Made by a program: the position numbers and the translations under genes
Notes under the pieces: generated by a model
What the model saw: the letters and a program-made list of their open reading frames with translations, nothing else
Database searches by the model: none
Told to the model about the DNA's origin: nothing
Assembly: GCA_030141605.1 (NCBI GenBank)
Contig: JAQGDQ010001241.1
Location: 1 to 52,837, forward strand
Source of the DNA: Tubiluchus corallicola
Lineage: Eukaryota > Animalia > Priapulida
Direction of reading: 5' to 3'
DNA: 52,837 nucleotides
Shown: piece after piece, positions 41,311 to 52,837 of the stretch
Layout of the letters: the number at the start of each line of letters is the position of its first letter
Position numbering within the stretch: the stretch's first letter is position 1

Positions 41311-41949
41311 AATACCATCACACCAGTACGACAACATACACACTAATTCAGAATTCATATATCCACGGCCATATTAATTAAATCATAGTTTTTTCATGTT
41401 TGATTTTATTCGTCGTACTATATATATATATATTGTAGCGTATTAAGAATACGAAATATTGTGGAAAAAAATAAAATGGCAAATTTCACCTATATTGCTA
41501 TACGTTAATAGAGTATAAAATAAATAAGGATAAAAACTACCCTAACCTCCGGTTCAACACATACTACCAAACAATGATTCGAATTTTAAGAAATCGTCAT
41601 TGTTTTATAAAATATTTTAGCTTTTATGAGTTCATTTTTATTCGAAAAGCAAGTCAGGGTTTCCACTGTTGCTAAGTTTATTGATGTAACGCAACGGTAT
41701 CTAAAGGAAATTTGCTACAAGTTTAGTTTAGTTAACCAAACATTCGTGTGGCACAAGAAGACCTCCTGTAGTTAATTCACCTATAAATGTTTAATTAGCT
41801 TTGTACCAGTCAATGTTAATTAAGGCAAAAACTACCGACCTGTTGTTTAGTTCAGTAAGATTAATTATGCAATACAATCGACCAAGAAACATCATATGTA
41901 GACAATTAGTCATGATATATTTATGGTAGAGATATATTTATGGTAGCAT

Positions 41950-42111
41950 TGATGTAGAGGAAAGAGATGAAAGAGATAAAATTAGGGAAGTAAGAGAAAG
42001 AGAAAGAAAGAGACAGAGGTGAAGAAAGAGAACTAAAAAAGAAAAGAGAGAGAGCAACGAAAAGAAAGAACAACAAGAGAAACTGCGAGAAAGAGAAAGA
42101 GAGAGAGAGAG

Positions 42112-42146
<35 letters not shown>

Positions 42147-42290
42147 ACAGAGTGGGCCGGAAAAGAAAGAAAAAAAGTAAATTATTGAAGAGAAAGACTG
42201 AGACAGACAAAGAGAAACTGAAGGAAAGAGGAAAGAAAGAGAGAGCAACGAAGAAAGAGACTGAGTGGGAAAGAGAAAGAAGTAAGGCGG
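41950..42290. repeat. Purine-rich (GA) low-complexity tract
   Basis: Read directly. Confidence 0.85.
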
Positions 42291-42931
42291 AGGAAACCCT
42301 CATTAAGCAATTAACCAGAAAAACATCAAAAAAGCTCTGAACACTTACCAGAGAAAAGGATCTCAATGCAAATGAACTTTTTCTCCAAGCTTTGTATCCA
42401 AAAATCCTTTATACAGACAACATCTATGCAATCACAAGCCACAGAAACGGAGTAAATTCTTTCCACAATTCTCAAATCACTTTAATGCTCTTTTAATGGC
42501 GCTATAAGTATATGCACAAATTCACTGGTACATGTCACATTCTAGCCAAATTATTTCATGCAGTCCGCTGTGAAATTCCAGTAATTTTCACAATTTGGAA
42601 GAAAATTATATGTACACCACTTGTTTTCCTTCTGCAACGAAGGTATAAAATGACGTATGAATCAGAAACGTCTACTTAACCTCGCTAACACAATTTACGT
42701 TGGATATTTCACTAAAACTTGAGTCCTTTTTCGCTTCCTTTATATTCCGTGATTTTAATTCACGTGTTTTATTGCATGTAATCCGGATGAATAGAAAGTT
42801 GAGACTTGAATTGGCACAGAATATCCAAATTGGTTCATAGCTTTGGCTTCTGTCGCGTAACAGAATTTGTTTACCAACAAATTTCCATTTGTAAACAAAT
42901 GCATCTCGTCAAACAAAGCATTTTTCTTTAA

Positions 42932-43387
42932 CCATTTCAGTCCCAAATTATTTTTTTAATAAGAAAAAATATTTTGGCTTGGTACTTTTGTTCAGTATGC
43001 CCATCATGTTTACACATAATAATTTTTTTCTACCTGTGCCCGTGTGCTAAATATAGCCTGTATCCCACGGGATACAGTGGGATTCAATGGAAGCATGAAA
43101 TGTGCTTCATTTTGCAACTGCTGATAATTTTTTAAAGTATTTAAGACATTTAGTATGCACGCTATGCTGATCTGTACAAAGTCATCTCTAACGTACTGTA
43201 CCTTACACAGTTTTTTATGCTATGTAGATTTTTCAGTTTGCCATTTTATCACTATTTTAGTCTATTGTTATTGGCTTAAATCAAAATAACTATTAACAGA
43301 TCAAATAACTGTCAGTTTTAAAATTTTATTAATTTTAAAGGCAGAGACTATTCTCGTATCCAATTGAATACAACGGCTATGAAAGGG
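42932..43387 (-). mobile_element. Non-autonomous piggyBac-like element, copy 2 (inverted)
   Basis: TTAA|CCATTTCAGTCCC...TATGAAAGGG|TTAA; reverse complement of 30860-31318 with unrelated flanks. Confidence 0.88.
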
Positions 43388-44097
43388 TTAAAAAAGGAAC
43401 AACTTATTGTAACGCAAGAATAGCGTTAACTATTATATCCATCTTCATATATCACTAATACACATTATGCAACGCCTTATTGGGGAAGAAAACGTTACCT
43501 ATTGTATGCATCATCATATATCACTATCACTAACACACATTATTCACATAACGTCGATTCAACTGCCAGACTTCTGTTTGTACACTACACGTATCCAATG
43601 AAGCCTCCTGAATGCTACACCGATTTTTCATCCAGCGAGAGTGCCTCAGCTGCAATACATGATAATGTGTAGGCGATACGTTGCTACAGGCAAATGATCG
43701 AAGCATTTTGTGATCGAAGATATTTGTAAGATTAAGAATAAGGTTGGTGCATTGACGAGGTAATGTGTTAAACGCTTTCATTTTTTATGTATAAATTTGC
43801 TGAAACTATTAGCTTAATATCGCTATAATAATAATAACATTAAAGCTCGGAAAACTTCGAGTCAGTCAGCATCATAGTGCTGCCATCTTGCGGCGGCGTT
43901 TTTATTAGTAGCTTAACGAAAATAATTGCCTCATAATAAAACAGTGCTACTAAATGCTAGTTTTACATGTTTTATATTATTAACACAAATTACACAATAA
44001 TATCACGCTAATAAGGATACAAAGGATACAATTGCTTTTTAAGTGTGATATCTTTATATCAAATCTATGTACCGAATATTGTATATATATATAATAT

Positions 44098-44749
<652 letters not shown>

Positions 44750-45765
44750 TAGACAAGGTGTACAAATAAATAATTAATATGGTGGATAATACAAACCAAT
44801 AGTAGCTTCTTTACGTAACGAAATTGTATTTCTTTTCTTATAGTTAGCTGCCGTCCAGTGAGAGTGGAGGTATAAAAAAGGGTTCCGCAGAAAGGCTAGA
44901 TGAGTTCAGGGCTACATCGTAGAAAAAATTTAGAATTATTATTATTTATATTAACTAATGTAAATTCTGTATTGTGTGTATGAAAGTAACGTTTTTATGC
45001 CAATAAACTTAAACTTAAACTTAAGAGTTATATCCAAGCTGAGTACTAGTACGAGATACAAGTTTATGGAGTTTATCAACATTAATAAGTCTCAGCAGAC
45101 GAGCCTTAGCGAATGTTAATCAATGTTGTAAAACTTGAAACACGTTTGTGAAATCGTTGTTTATGGTTTTCAAGTTTGCAAAGTGCCTTCCACGAAACGT
45201 GTTAATCCAAAATTAATCGAATCATAACGCTGATCTGTTATGTAAACTGTTTAAACCACAAACCGGACACGAAATGGAGACGCAAATCAGTCCTTCATCA
45301 ACGCAGAGAGGAAATTGATAATAATCTTTGCATCAAAATATCCGCATTGTTTCCAAATGATATGCAAAGTTGGCGTGTAGATCCTTTAATGTAAATATAT
45401 GTGAAAGGTGGTTTACTAAATAGTTTCACATATCATTCAGATTGTAGGTATATTTACAAATCACCACGCAAATACAAAAATGTTTGTCTTGCGGGGAGAA
45501 TTTCAACTCATCTAACACACTTCGTTATAGGAACAATCATTTATTTGCATAGCGAGGAAAACAGCCTCACAAACTTGTACAGAAATTGCCCCGCAAAAAA
45601 GGAAATTTTGTAGTTGGAAATGTGCTTAAAATGAAGTAATAAAAGAAAAATTATCTTTCTTTTACGACGTTTCGAATTTTTTCATGAAATTCGTTACGGT
45701 GCTCCATTTTGCAATAGACAGCATAGACAGGGCTGGGGAGGGGAGGGGGAAGCGGGGAGTGGGGA

Positions 45766-46094
<329 letters not shown>

Positions 46095-47545
46095 AAGTTG
46101 TGGGTGCCAACCGACTTTTTCACGTTTCCTTTCGATCACGCTTAGTTTAAAAAAAGAATAATAAATGCGGGTTTTTTCTATCATATTTTTCAGCCTTTAT
46201 TTAAACATATTTATACATCAAAGACTAACTGTTATTAACTAATTCTCCCAGGTACTTCAAAAATGCGTTTCTTTCTTTATGACATTACAAGAGAGCGTTC
46301 GCGTAGCCTTGACCATGGCACGATTTTGCTCAAAAGTCCGGCATTTTGGAATTTTAAAGTTCAACAGGTTAAGAACTCGCGGTCGCAGCCTTGACTTTCA
46401 CTAGCAGAGGAAGGTCAGAAAAGTCTAAGCTGTTGTGGGTTATTAATTCACAAACAACAATAGAAAGAGTTTGTTTAAAAACACTGAAAATGACCTCCAC
46501 TTAATGATCACAAATAAAAGATAAACCGTCTTAAAGCTCTACGGAAAAGATCAGTTTGTTCGAGAAAATGTTGACCTAATGAGAAAAGATCCGGCTTTTT
46601 CTAGTGCAAATTTCACACGTGTCAATGCCAGACTACAAGCGTCTCGGATGGGCGCTTTTTAGACTGTAGAGAAAAATAGAGTAATCGTAAGAAAAAAGAG
46701 AATAAAGCAATAAAAGAAAAAGCTAGAAAAAACAAGAAGGAAAAAAGATAATAATAACAGTAATAGTAAAAAGATAAAATAATAAAAAAAGAAAAAAGAA
46801 AAGAAACAAAAAAGAATAAAAAAGAAAAAGAATAAAGCAAAAATGATAGAACAAATTACCCCCGCAGTGAAGCAACATTAAATCCTAAAATCTCCGTGTA
46901 ACGCGAATGTTAGTCCAACTCACTGGAACAATCATAATTGGCAGTTAATTAAATTTTCACAGAAAATATAAAATCTTATTTTTAAAACGATAGTTCTTTC
47001 CTTATAAGAATAGGCCAAAAAGAGAACAAAAACAGGAATAACCCTCTAGAAAATGCTTTTAATTCTGAAATAGATAGTGTCCATTCACTAAAATGTTTCT
47101 CCACTCGGGAAAATTAAACTCCCGTGTAGGCAGGACGTCTCTTTTTAATCACAGCTTGTCAAACAGCGGGTCACGAACTTAACTCCCATGTAGGTGGTCA
47201 AAATGGACCCAGGGCAAAAAATTAACTACAGTTTCCAAGCCAATTATTCGCTTTAATAATACGCGTTGTGTATTTACAAGGGGAACCCCATAATCAGAAA
47301 GAAACGCCCACGGGAAGAAACTTCTATTCCCAGCCCACGTGCCCCTGTCAGATCATTCGTGGGACATTCCCGTGGGATGATGGGATTCACGAGTTGCTAT
47401 AGCAACTGCCAGAAGCTAGAAAACGCTGCTGAAAGTTCAACCAAAGTTCAGACAGTTACGTGTCTAATGTCGATGTTGAAACAAAGCCACTGTTAATTCA
47501 ATTTTGATACCCAACCCGAAAGAAAGGAAATGTGAAAATGTTGGG

Positions 47546-47615
47546 ATGCAGTCTGGATTCGAACCCAGGTCGTTTTGCTTACATTGCAGACGCCATAACC
47601 ACTAAACCACTGCAC
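47546..47615 (-). mobile_element. tRNA-derived SINE head or tRNA pseudogene
   Basis: Minus strand reads GTGCAGTGGTTTAGTGGTTATGGCGTCTGCAATGTAAGCAAAACGACCTGGGTTCGAATCCAGACTGCAT. It has an A box (TGGTTTAGTGG), a B box (GGTTCGAATCC) and GTGCAG/CTGCAT acceptor-like pairing; the anticodon arm is degenerate. Confidence 0.6.
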
Positions 47616-47891
47616 TTATAGCTGGCTAGGTAAATTGAGCATTTCCAGTGTTAGATCGCTCACATCAGGGCGTTTTTAACTAGTTAGATTTATTGATTTA
47701 TTTTAGTTAATTTGAGCAAGAAACTTCGTTTGTTCATTAATAAATTAATTAATATATTTGTTAAAAAATGTGTCACATATCCTTGCTGTCATATCAGGCA
47801 TCGTAATGTGGGTTATAATGAATAGAGAAATCAAAATAAATGGATAAATAATAAAAAACAAAGGTGAGAGGAATAGCCAAGTGTGTGCTTC

Positions 47892-47935
47892 GCAACGTCG
47901 AGACTAGTCAGTGAGTGGATGGGTGATCACTTGGG
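47892..47935 (+). pseudogene. Degenerate 5S rRNA internal-promoter fragment (probable old SINE)
   Basis: GCAACGTCGAGACTAGTCAGTGAGTGGATGGGTGATCACTTGGG aligns with 5S GCAACGTCGAGCCTGGTTAGTACTTGGATGGGTGACCGCCTGGG. Confidence 0.5.
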
Positions 47936-48273
47936 TTCGATACTCGGTTTGCGTGACTTCATTCACCACATTCTGTCTCTTTACATCGTTGAGGACGGAT
48001 GAATTCAGACTGGAATTGCTAAGTTATCTCTGCTTTTTTAGTGTTTCATGTTAGAGGATTAGATTTGATAGTCATACATTCCGGTCCCGTTACAAGCATC
48101 CACGTTAAGCAAGCCTTGGCAGTGAATGGTGGATTTAAACTGCAAACTTGCCGAACAGAAAGATTATGATTCTTTAAATGGCTATACACTGTAGCCGAAT
48201 AAAGCCAAATTGTAAATATTGTAAATAGTTAATTGAGTGTTTTTACTGGGCTATACTGACTTGTTAATGTTTG

Positions 48274-48836
48274 ATTGTTAATTATGAACTGTTGTATTGT
48301 TTCGTGTTTATGTATTGTTATTTATGAACTGTTGTGTTGTTTCGTGTTTATGTATTGTTATTTATGAACTGTTGTGTTGTTTCGTGTTTATGTATTGTTA
48401 ATTATGAACTGTTGTGTTGTTTCATGTTTATGTATTGTTAATTATGAACTGTTGTGTTGTTTCATGTTTATGTATTGTTAATTATGAACTGTTGTATTGT
48501 TTCATGTTTATGTATTGTTAATTATGAACTGTTGTGTTGTTTCATGTTTATGTATTGTTAATTATGAACTGTTGTGTTGTTTCATGTTTATGTATTGTTA
48601 ATTATGAACTGTTGTATTGTTTCATGTTTATGTATTGTTAATTATGAACTGTTGTGTTGTTTCATGTTTATGTATTGTTAATTATGAACTGTTGTGTTGT
48701 TTCGTGTTTATGTATTGTTAATTATGAACTGTTGTGTTGTTTCATGTTTATGTATTGTTAATTATGAACTGTTGTGTTGTTTCGTGTTTATGTATTGTTA
48801 ATTATGAACTGTTGTGTTGTTTCGTGTTGATGTATT
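48274..48836. repeat. 40-bp minisatellite, ~14 copies
   Basis: Consensus ATTGTTAATTATGAACTGTTGTGTTGTTTCATGTTTATGT. Confidence 0.95.
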
Positions 48837-49107
48837 CTTTTGCAATTTGGACTTTGTTGCGATATAAGAGGATTTAATCAATTCAATCAATCAATTCTTG
48901 TCATTGTAGCTTGTGTGCTTTATATGATGGAGAATTAATGTCAATTGGAAATTTCATTTACGACTGTATGCATAGATTTGTGAATTAAATAGTACGGCTT
49001 TGTTAGCGGACATATAACCGCATCACTGTGATTATCATATAGGTAAAATATTTGTTTATCACATGTGTACAAATGCTTAGTTAATAGTTTTTTCGCTTCA
49101 AAGAGTT

Positions 49108-50145
49108 TACAACTAAATTTGTATATCTGTGTGTATACCTTGTGCAGCTATGTTGAGTCAAATTGTTAGTATGATCTGGATATCGTTACTCGAGCTCTGC
49201 CCGCTGATAAAACCATCGGGTATGCGTCGAGTTTGTAATCTTTGTGTTGGAAATTTGATTTTCAGAAATAATATATATATATTATTTCTACGTCTGTTTT
49301 GCCCGTACTTGGAACGATTCCAGCATTTCTCACATGACAACAGAATCTAATAGACGATCCTTCCCATTCTCTCAGCCCGGTGAGAAAAAATGCCTCGAGC
49401 TCTACATTTAAGAGAATTTCGAAGAACTGATCCCCCTATCAGACTGAATGTTTGCATATATTTGTAAGAGTATAGCAAAGCATGAAATCTTGGTTGATTA
49501 AAAAACCCAGTAGCTCTTATTGTGAACAAACGTGTCACAGCATGAATACAGAGAAGGGGTCATAAACTTTTTAATTCTCATTACCGCGTCCATTAAAACT
49601 CTTCCGCGAATATTTTCCGATCGAAGTTCAAGGAATTAGAGGTGATCTCTATTGACATCTTTCGGAGCAGATCTAGAAAGAGAGGTGCCCTAACGTTCTC
49701 ACTTTCTCTCCGATGTAAATTTGCTGAATTGATAAACATATTGGATGCATGGCTAATTTCAGGTATAACGGACAGCGTGTGAAAAAAATCTCTGGTTGTT
49801 GTTGTGGTCTAAGGTGCTAGGGGGCGTTTTGTAAACGGAGAACGTCCGGGTCGGCAGATTCAAACGAGTGATTGTAGATTTTTTAATGTGTATGTAACGT
49901 TGTATGTAAACTGTAAAGTCAATGTCGGATGCACCGCGCACGCCCTGCGGATACAACGCGTCATCCTGCAGACGTCACTGTAGCTACAGGTGTATAAAAG
50001 CAGGGGATACCTGATGGTTTTGCTCAGATATTTTCTAAAAACGCGAATAAACTGCAACACGGGAACATAAACACTTCGAACAGAAGCGGAAAGCAGAAGA
50101 ACACGTGGAAACAAGGTAAGTTGGTAGCAGCGTTTTATTTTAATC
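49108..50145 (+). repeat. Left arm of the second inverted repeat (minimum extent)
   Basis: Reverse complement of 51801-52837; mirror ORFs 49129..49350/52595..52816 and 49860..50114/51832..52086. Confidence 0.96.
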
Positions 50146-51800
50146 GATTAAAATAAAACGCTGCTACTACTGGTCAAAAATCGATTAAAATAAAATGCGC
50201 TGCGTCAAATCGATTAAAATAAAACGCTGCTACTACTGGTCAAAGAATCGATTAAAACAAAACGCTGCTACTACTGGTCAATGAATCGATTAAAATAAAA
50301 TGCTGCTACTACTGGTCAAAAGAATCGATTAAAATAAAACGCTGCTACTACTGGTCAAAGAATCGATTAAAACAAAACGCTGCTACTACTGGTCAAAGAA
50401 TCGATTAAAATAAAATGCTGCTACTACTTGTCAAAAAAATCGATTAAAATAAAACGCTGCTACTACTGGTCAAAGAATCGATTAAAATAAAACGCTGCTA
50501 CTACTGGTCAATGAATCGATTAAAACAAAACGCTGCTACTACTGGTCAAAGAATCGATTAAAACAAAACGCTGCTACTACTGGTCAAAAAAATCGATTAA
50601 AATAAAACGCTGCTACTACTGGTCAATGAATCGATTAAAACAAAACGCTGCTACTACTGGTCAATGAATCGATTAAAATAAAACGCTGCTACTACTGGTC
50701 AATGAATCGATTAAAATAAAACGCTGCTACTACTGGTCAATGAATCGATTAAAATAAAACGCTGCTACTACTGGTCAATGAATCGATTAAAATAAAACGC
50801 TGCTACTACTGGTCAATGAATCGATTAAAAAAAAGCTGCTACTACTGGTCAAATCGATTAAAAAAAAGCTGCTACTACTGTCAAAATCGATTAAATAAAA
50901 CGCTGCTACTACTGGTCAAAAAAATCGATTAAAATAAAACGCTGCTACTACTGGTCAAAAAATCGATTAAAATAAAATGCTGCTACTACTGGTCAATGAA
51001 TCGATTAAAATAAAACGCTGCTACTACTGGTCAAAAAATCGATTAAAATAAAATGCTGCTACTACTGGTCAATGAATCGATTAAAATAAAACGCTGCTAC
51101 TACTGGTCAAAGAATCGATTAAAACAAAACGCTGCTACTACTGGTCAATGAATCGATTAAAACAAAACGCTGCTACTACTGGTCAAAGAATTGATTAAAA
51201 TAAAACGCTGCTACTACTGGTCAAAGAATCGATTACAATAAAACGCTGCTACTACTGGTCAAAGAATTGATTACAATAAAACGCTGCTACTACTGGTCAA
51301 AGAATCGATTAAAATAAAACGCTGCTATTACTGGTCAAAGAATCGATTAAAATAAACCACTGCTACTACTGGTCAATGAATCGATTAAAATAAAACGCTG
51401 CTACTACTGGTCAAAGAATCGATTAAAACAAAATGCTGCTACTACTGGTCAATGAATCGATTAAAATAAAATGCTGCTACTACTGGTCAATGAATCGATT
51501 AAAACAAAACGCTGCTACTACTGGTCAAAGAATCGATTAAAATAAAACGCTGCTACTACTGGTCAGTGAATCGATTAAAATAAAACGCTGTTACTATTGG
51601 TCAGTGAATCGATTAAAATAAAATGCTGCTACTACTGGTCAATGAATCGATTAAAACAAAACGCTGCTACTACTGGTCAATGAATCGATTAAAATAAAAC
51701 GCTGCTACTACTGGTCAATGAATCGATTAAAACAAAGCGCTGGTACTACTGGTCAATGAATCGATTAAAATAAAACGCTGCTACTACTGGTCAATGAATC
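50146..51800 (+). repeat. 38-bp tandem array (~43 copies) at the centre of the second inverted repeat
   Basis: Consensus GATTAAAATAAAACGCTGCTACTACTGGTCAATGAATC, all copies in one orientation. Confidence 0.96.
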
Positions 51801-52837
51801 GATTAAAATAAAACGCTGCTACCAACTTACCTTGTTTCCACGTGTTCTTCTGCTTTCCACTTCTGTTCGAAGTTTTTATGTTCCCGTGTTGCAGTTTATT
51901 CGCGTTTTTACAAAATATCTGAGGAAAACCATCAGGTATCTCCAGCTTTTATACACCTGTAGCTACAGTGACGTCTGCAGGATGACGCGTTGTATCCGCA
52001 GGGCGTGCGCGGTGCATCCGACATTGACTTTACAGTTTACATACAACGTTACATACACATTAAAAAATCTACAATCACTCGTTTGAATCTGCCGAACCGG
52101 ACGTTCTCCGTTTACAAAACGCCCCCTAGCCCCTTAGACCACAACAACAACCAGAGATTTTTTCACACGCTGTCCGTTATACCTGAAATTAGCCATGCAT
52201 CCAATATGTTTATCAATTCAGCAAATTTACATCGGAGAGAAAGTGAGAACGTTAGATCACCTCTCTTTCTAGATCTGCTCCGAAAGATGTCAATAGAGTT
52301 CACTTCTGATTCCTTGAACTTCGATCGGAAAATATTCGCGGAAGAGTTTTAATGGACGCGGTAATGAGAATTAAAAAGTTTATGACCCCTTCTCTGTATT
52401 CATGCTGTGACACGTTTGTTCACAATAAGAGCTACTGGGTTTTTTAATCAACCAAGATTTCATGCTTTGCTATACTCTTACAAATATATGCAAACATTCA
52501 GTCTGATAGGGGGATCAGTTCTTCGAAATTCTCTTAAATGTAGAGCTCGAGGCATTTTTTCTCACCGGGCTGAGAGAATGGGAAGGATCGTCTATTAGAT
52601 TCTGTTGTCATGTGAGAAATGCTGGAATCGTTCCAAGTACGGGCAAAACAGACGTAGAAATAATATATATATATTATTTCTGAAAATCAAATTTCCAACA
52701 CAAAGATTACAAACTCGACGCATACCCGATGGTTTTATCAGCGGGCAGAGCTCGAGTAACGATATCCAGATCATACTAACAATTTGACTCAACATAGCTG
52801 CACAAGGTATACACACAGATATACAAATTTAGTTGTA
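51801..52837 (-). repeat. Right arm of the second inverted repeat, truncated by the window end
   Basis: Matches the left arm to the last base of the window, with a few substitutions and one 1-bp indel. Confidence 0.96.

Noticed and set aside
47546-47615. Functional tRNA gene
   Set aside because: Anticodon and T stems are mispaired and no isotype can be assigned.
51832-52598. Transposase, resolvase or other gene in the second palindrome's arms
   Set aside because: Only short overlapping ORFs, with the frame differing between arms by a 1-bp indel, and no DDE, HUH, RT or tyrosine-recombinase motif recognised.

Overview
AT-rich, repeat-dense animal genomic DNA. The 5S-like sequence resembles invertebrate (mollusc/annelid-type) 5S rRNA, which is an inference. 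No convincing host protein-coding gene was found: most ORF-track entries are microsatellite translations or mirror copies of each other. Two fold-back structures dominate, each running off one end of the window. The first is a ~25 kb palindrome (arms 1-12441 and 12672-~24883, 230-bp unique spacer) whose arms alternate between near-identical and clearly diverged blocks. The second is an inverted repeat of at least 3.7 kb (49108-52837) whose centre is ~43 copies of a 38-bp unit built from the palindrome's own apex. The large arms carry a chimeric retroposon (5S rRNA head + RTE-like 5' UTR + RTE ORF 3' end, 11-bp flanking duplication) and a solo LTR with a 5-bp TSD. The region between the palindromes holds non-autonomous DNA transposons (piggyBac-, hAT- and Kolobok-like), LINE remnants, a tRNA-like SINE head, 59-bp and 40-bp minisatellites, a higher-order tandem repeat and many microsatellites. 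All alignments were made by eye, so coordinates of diverged elements are approximate.
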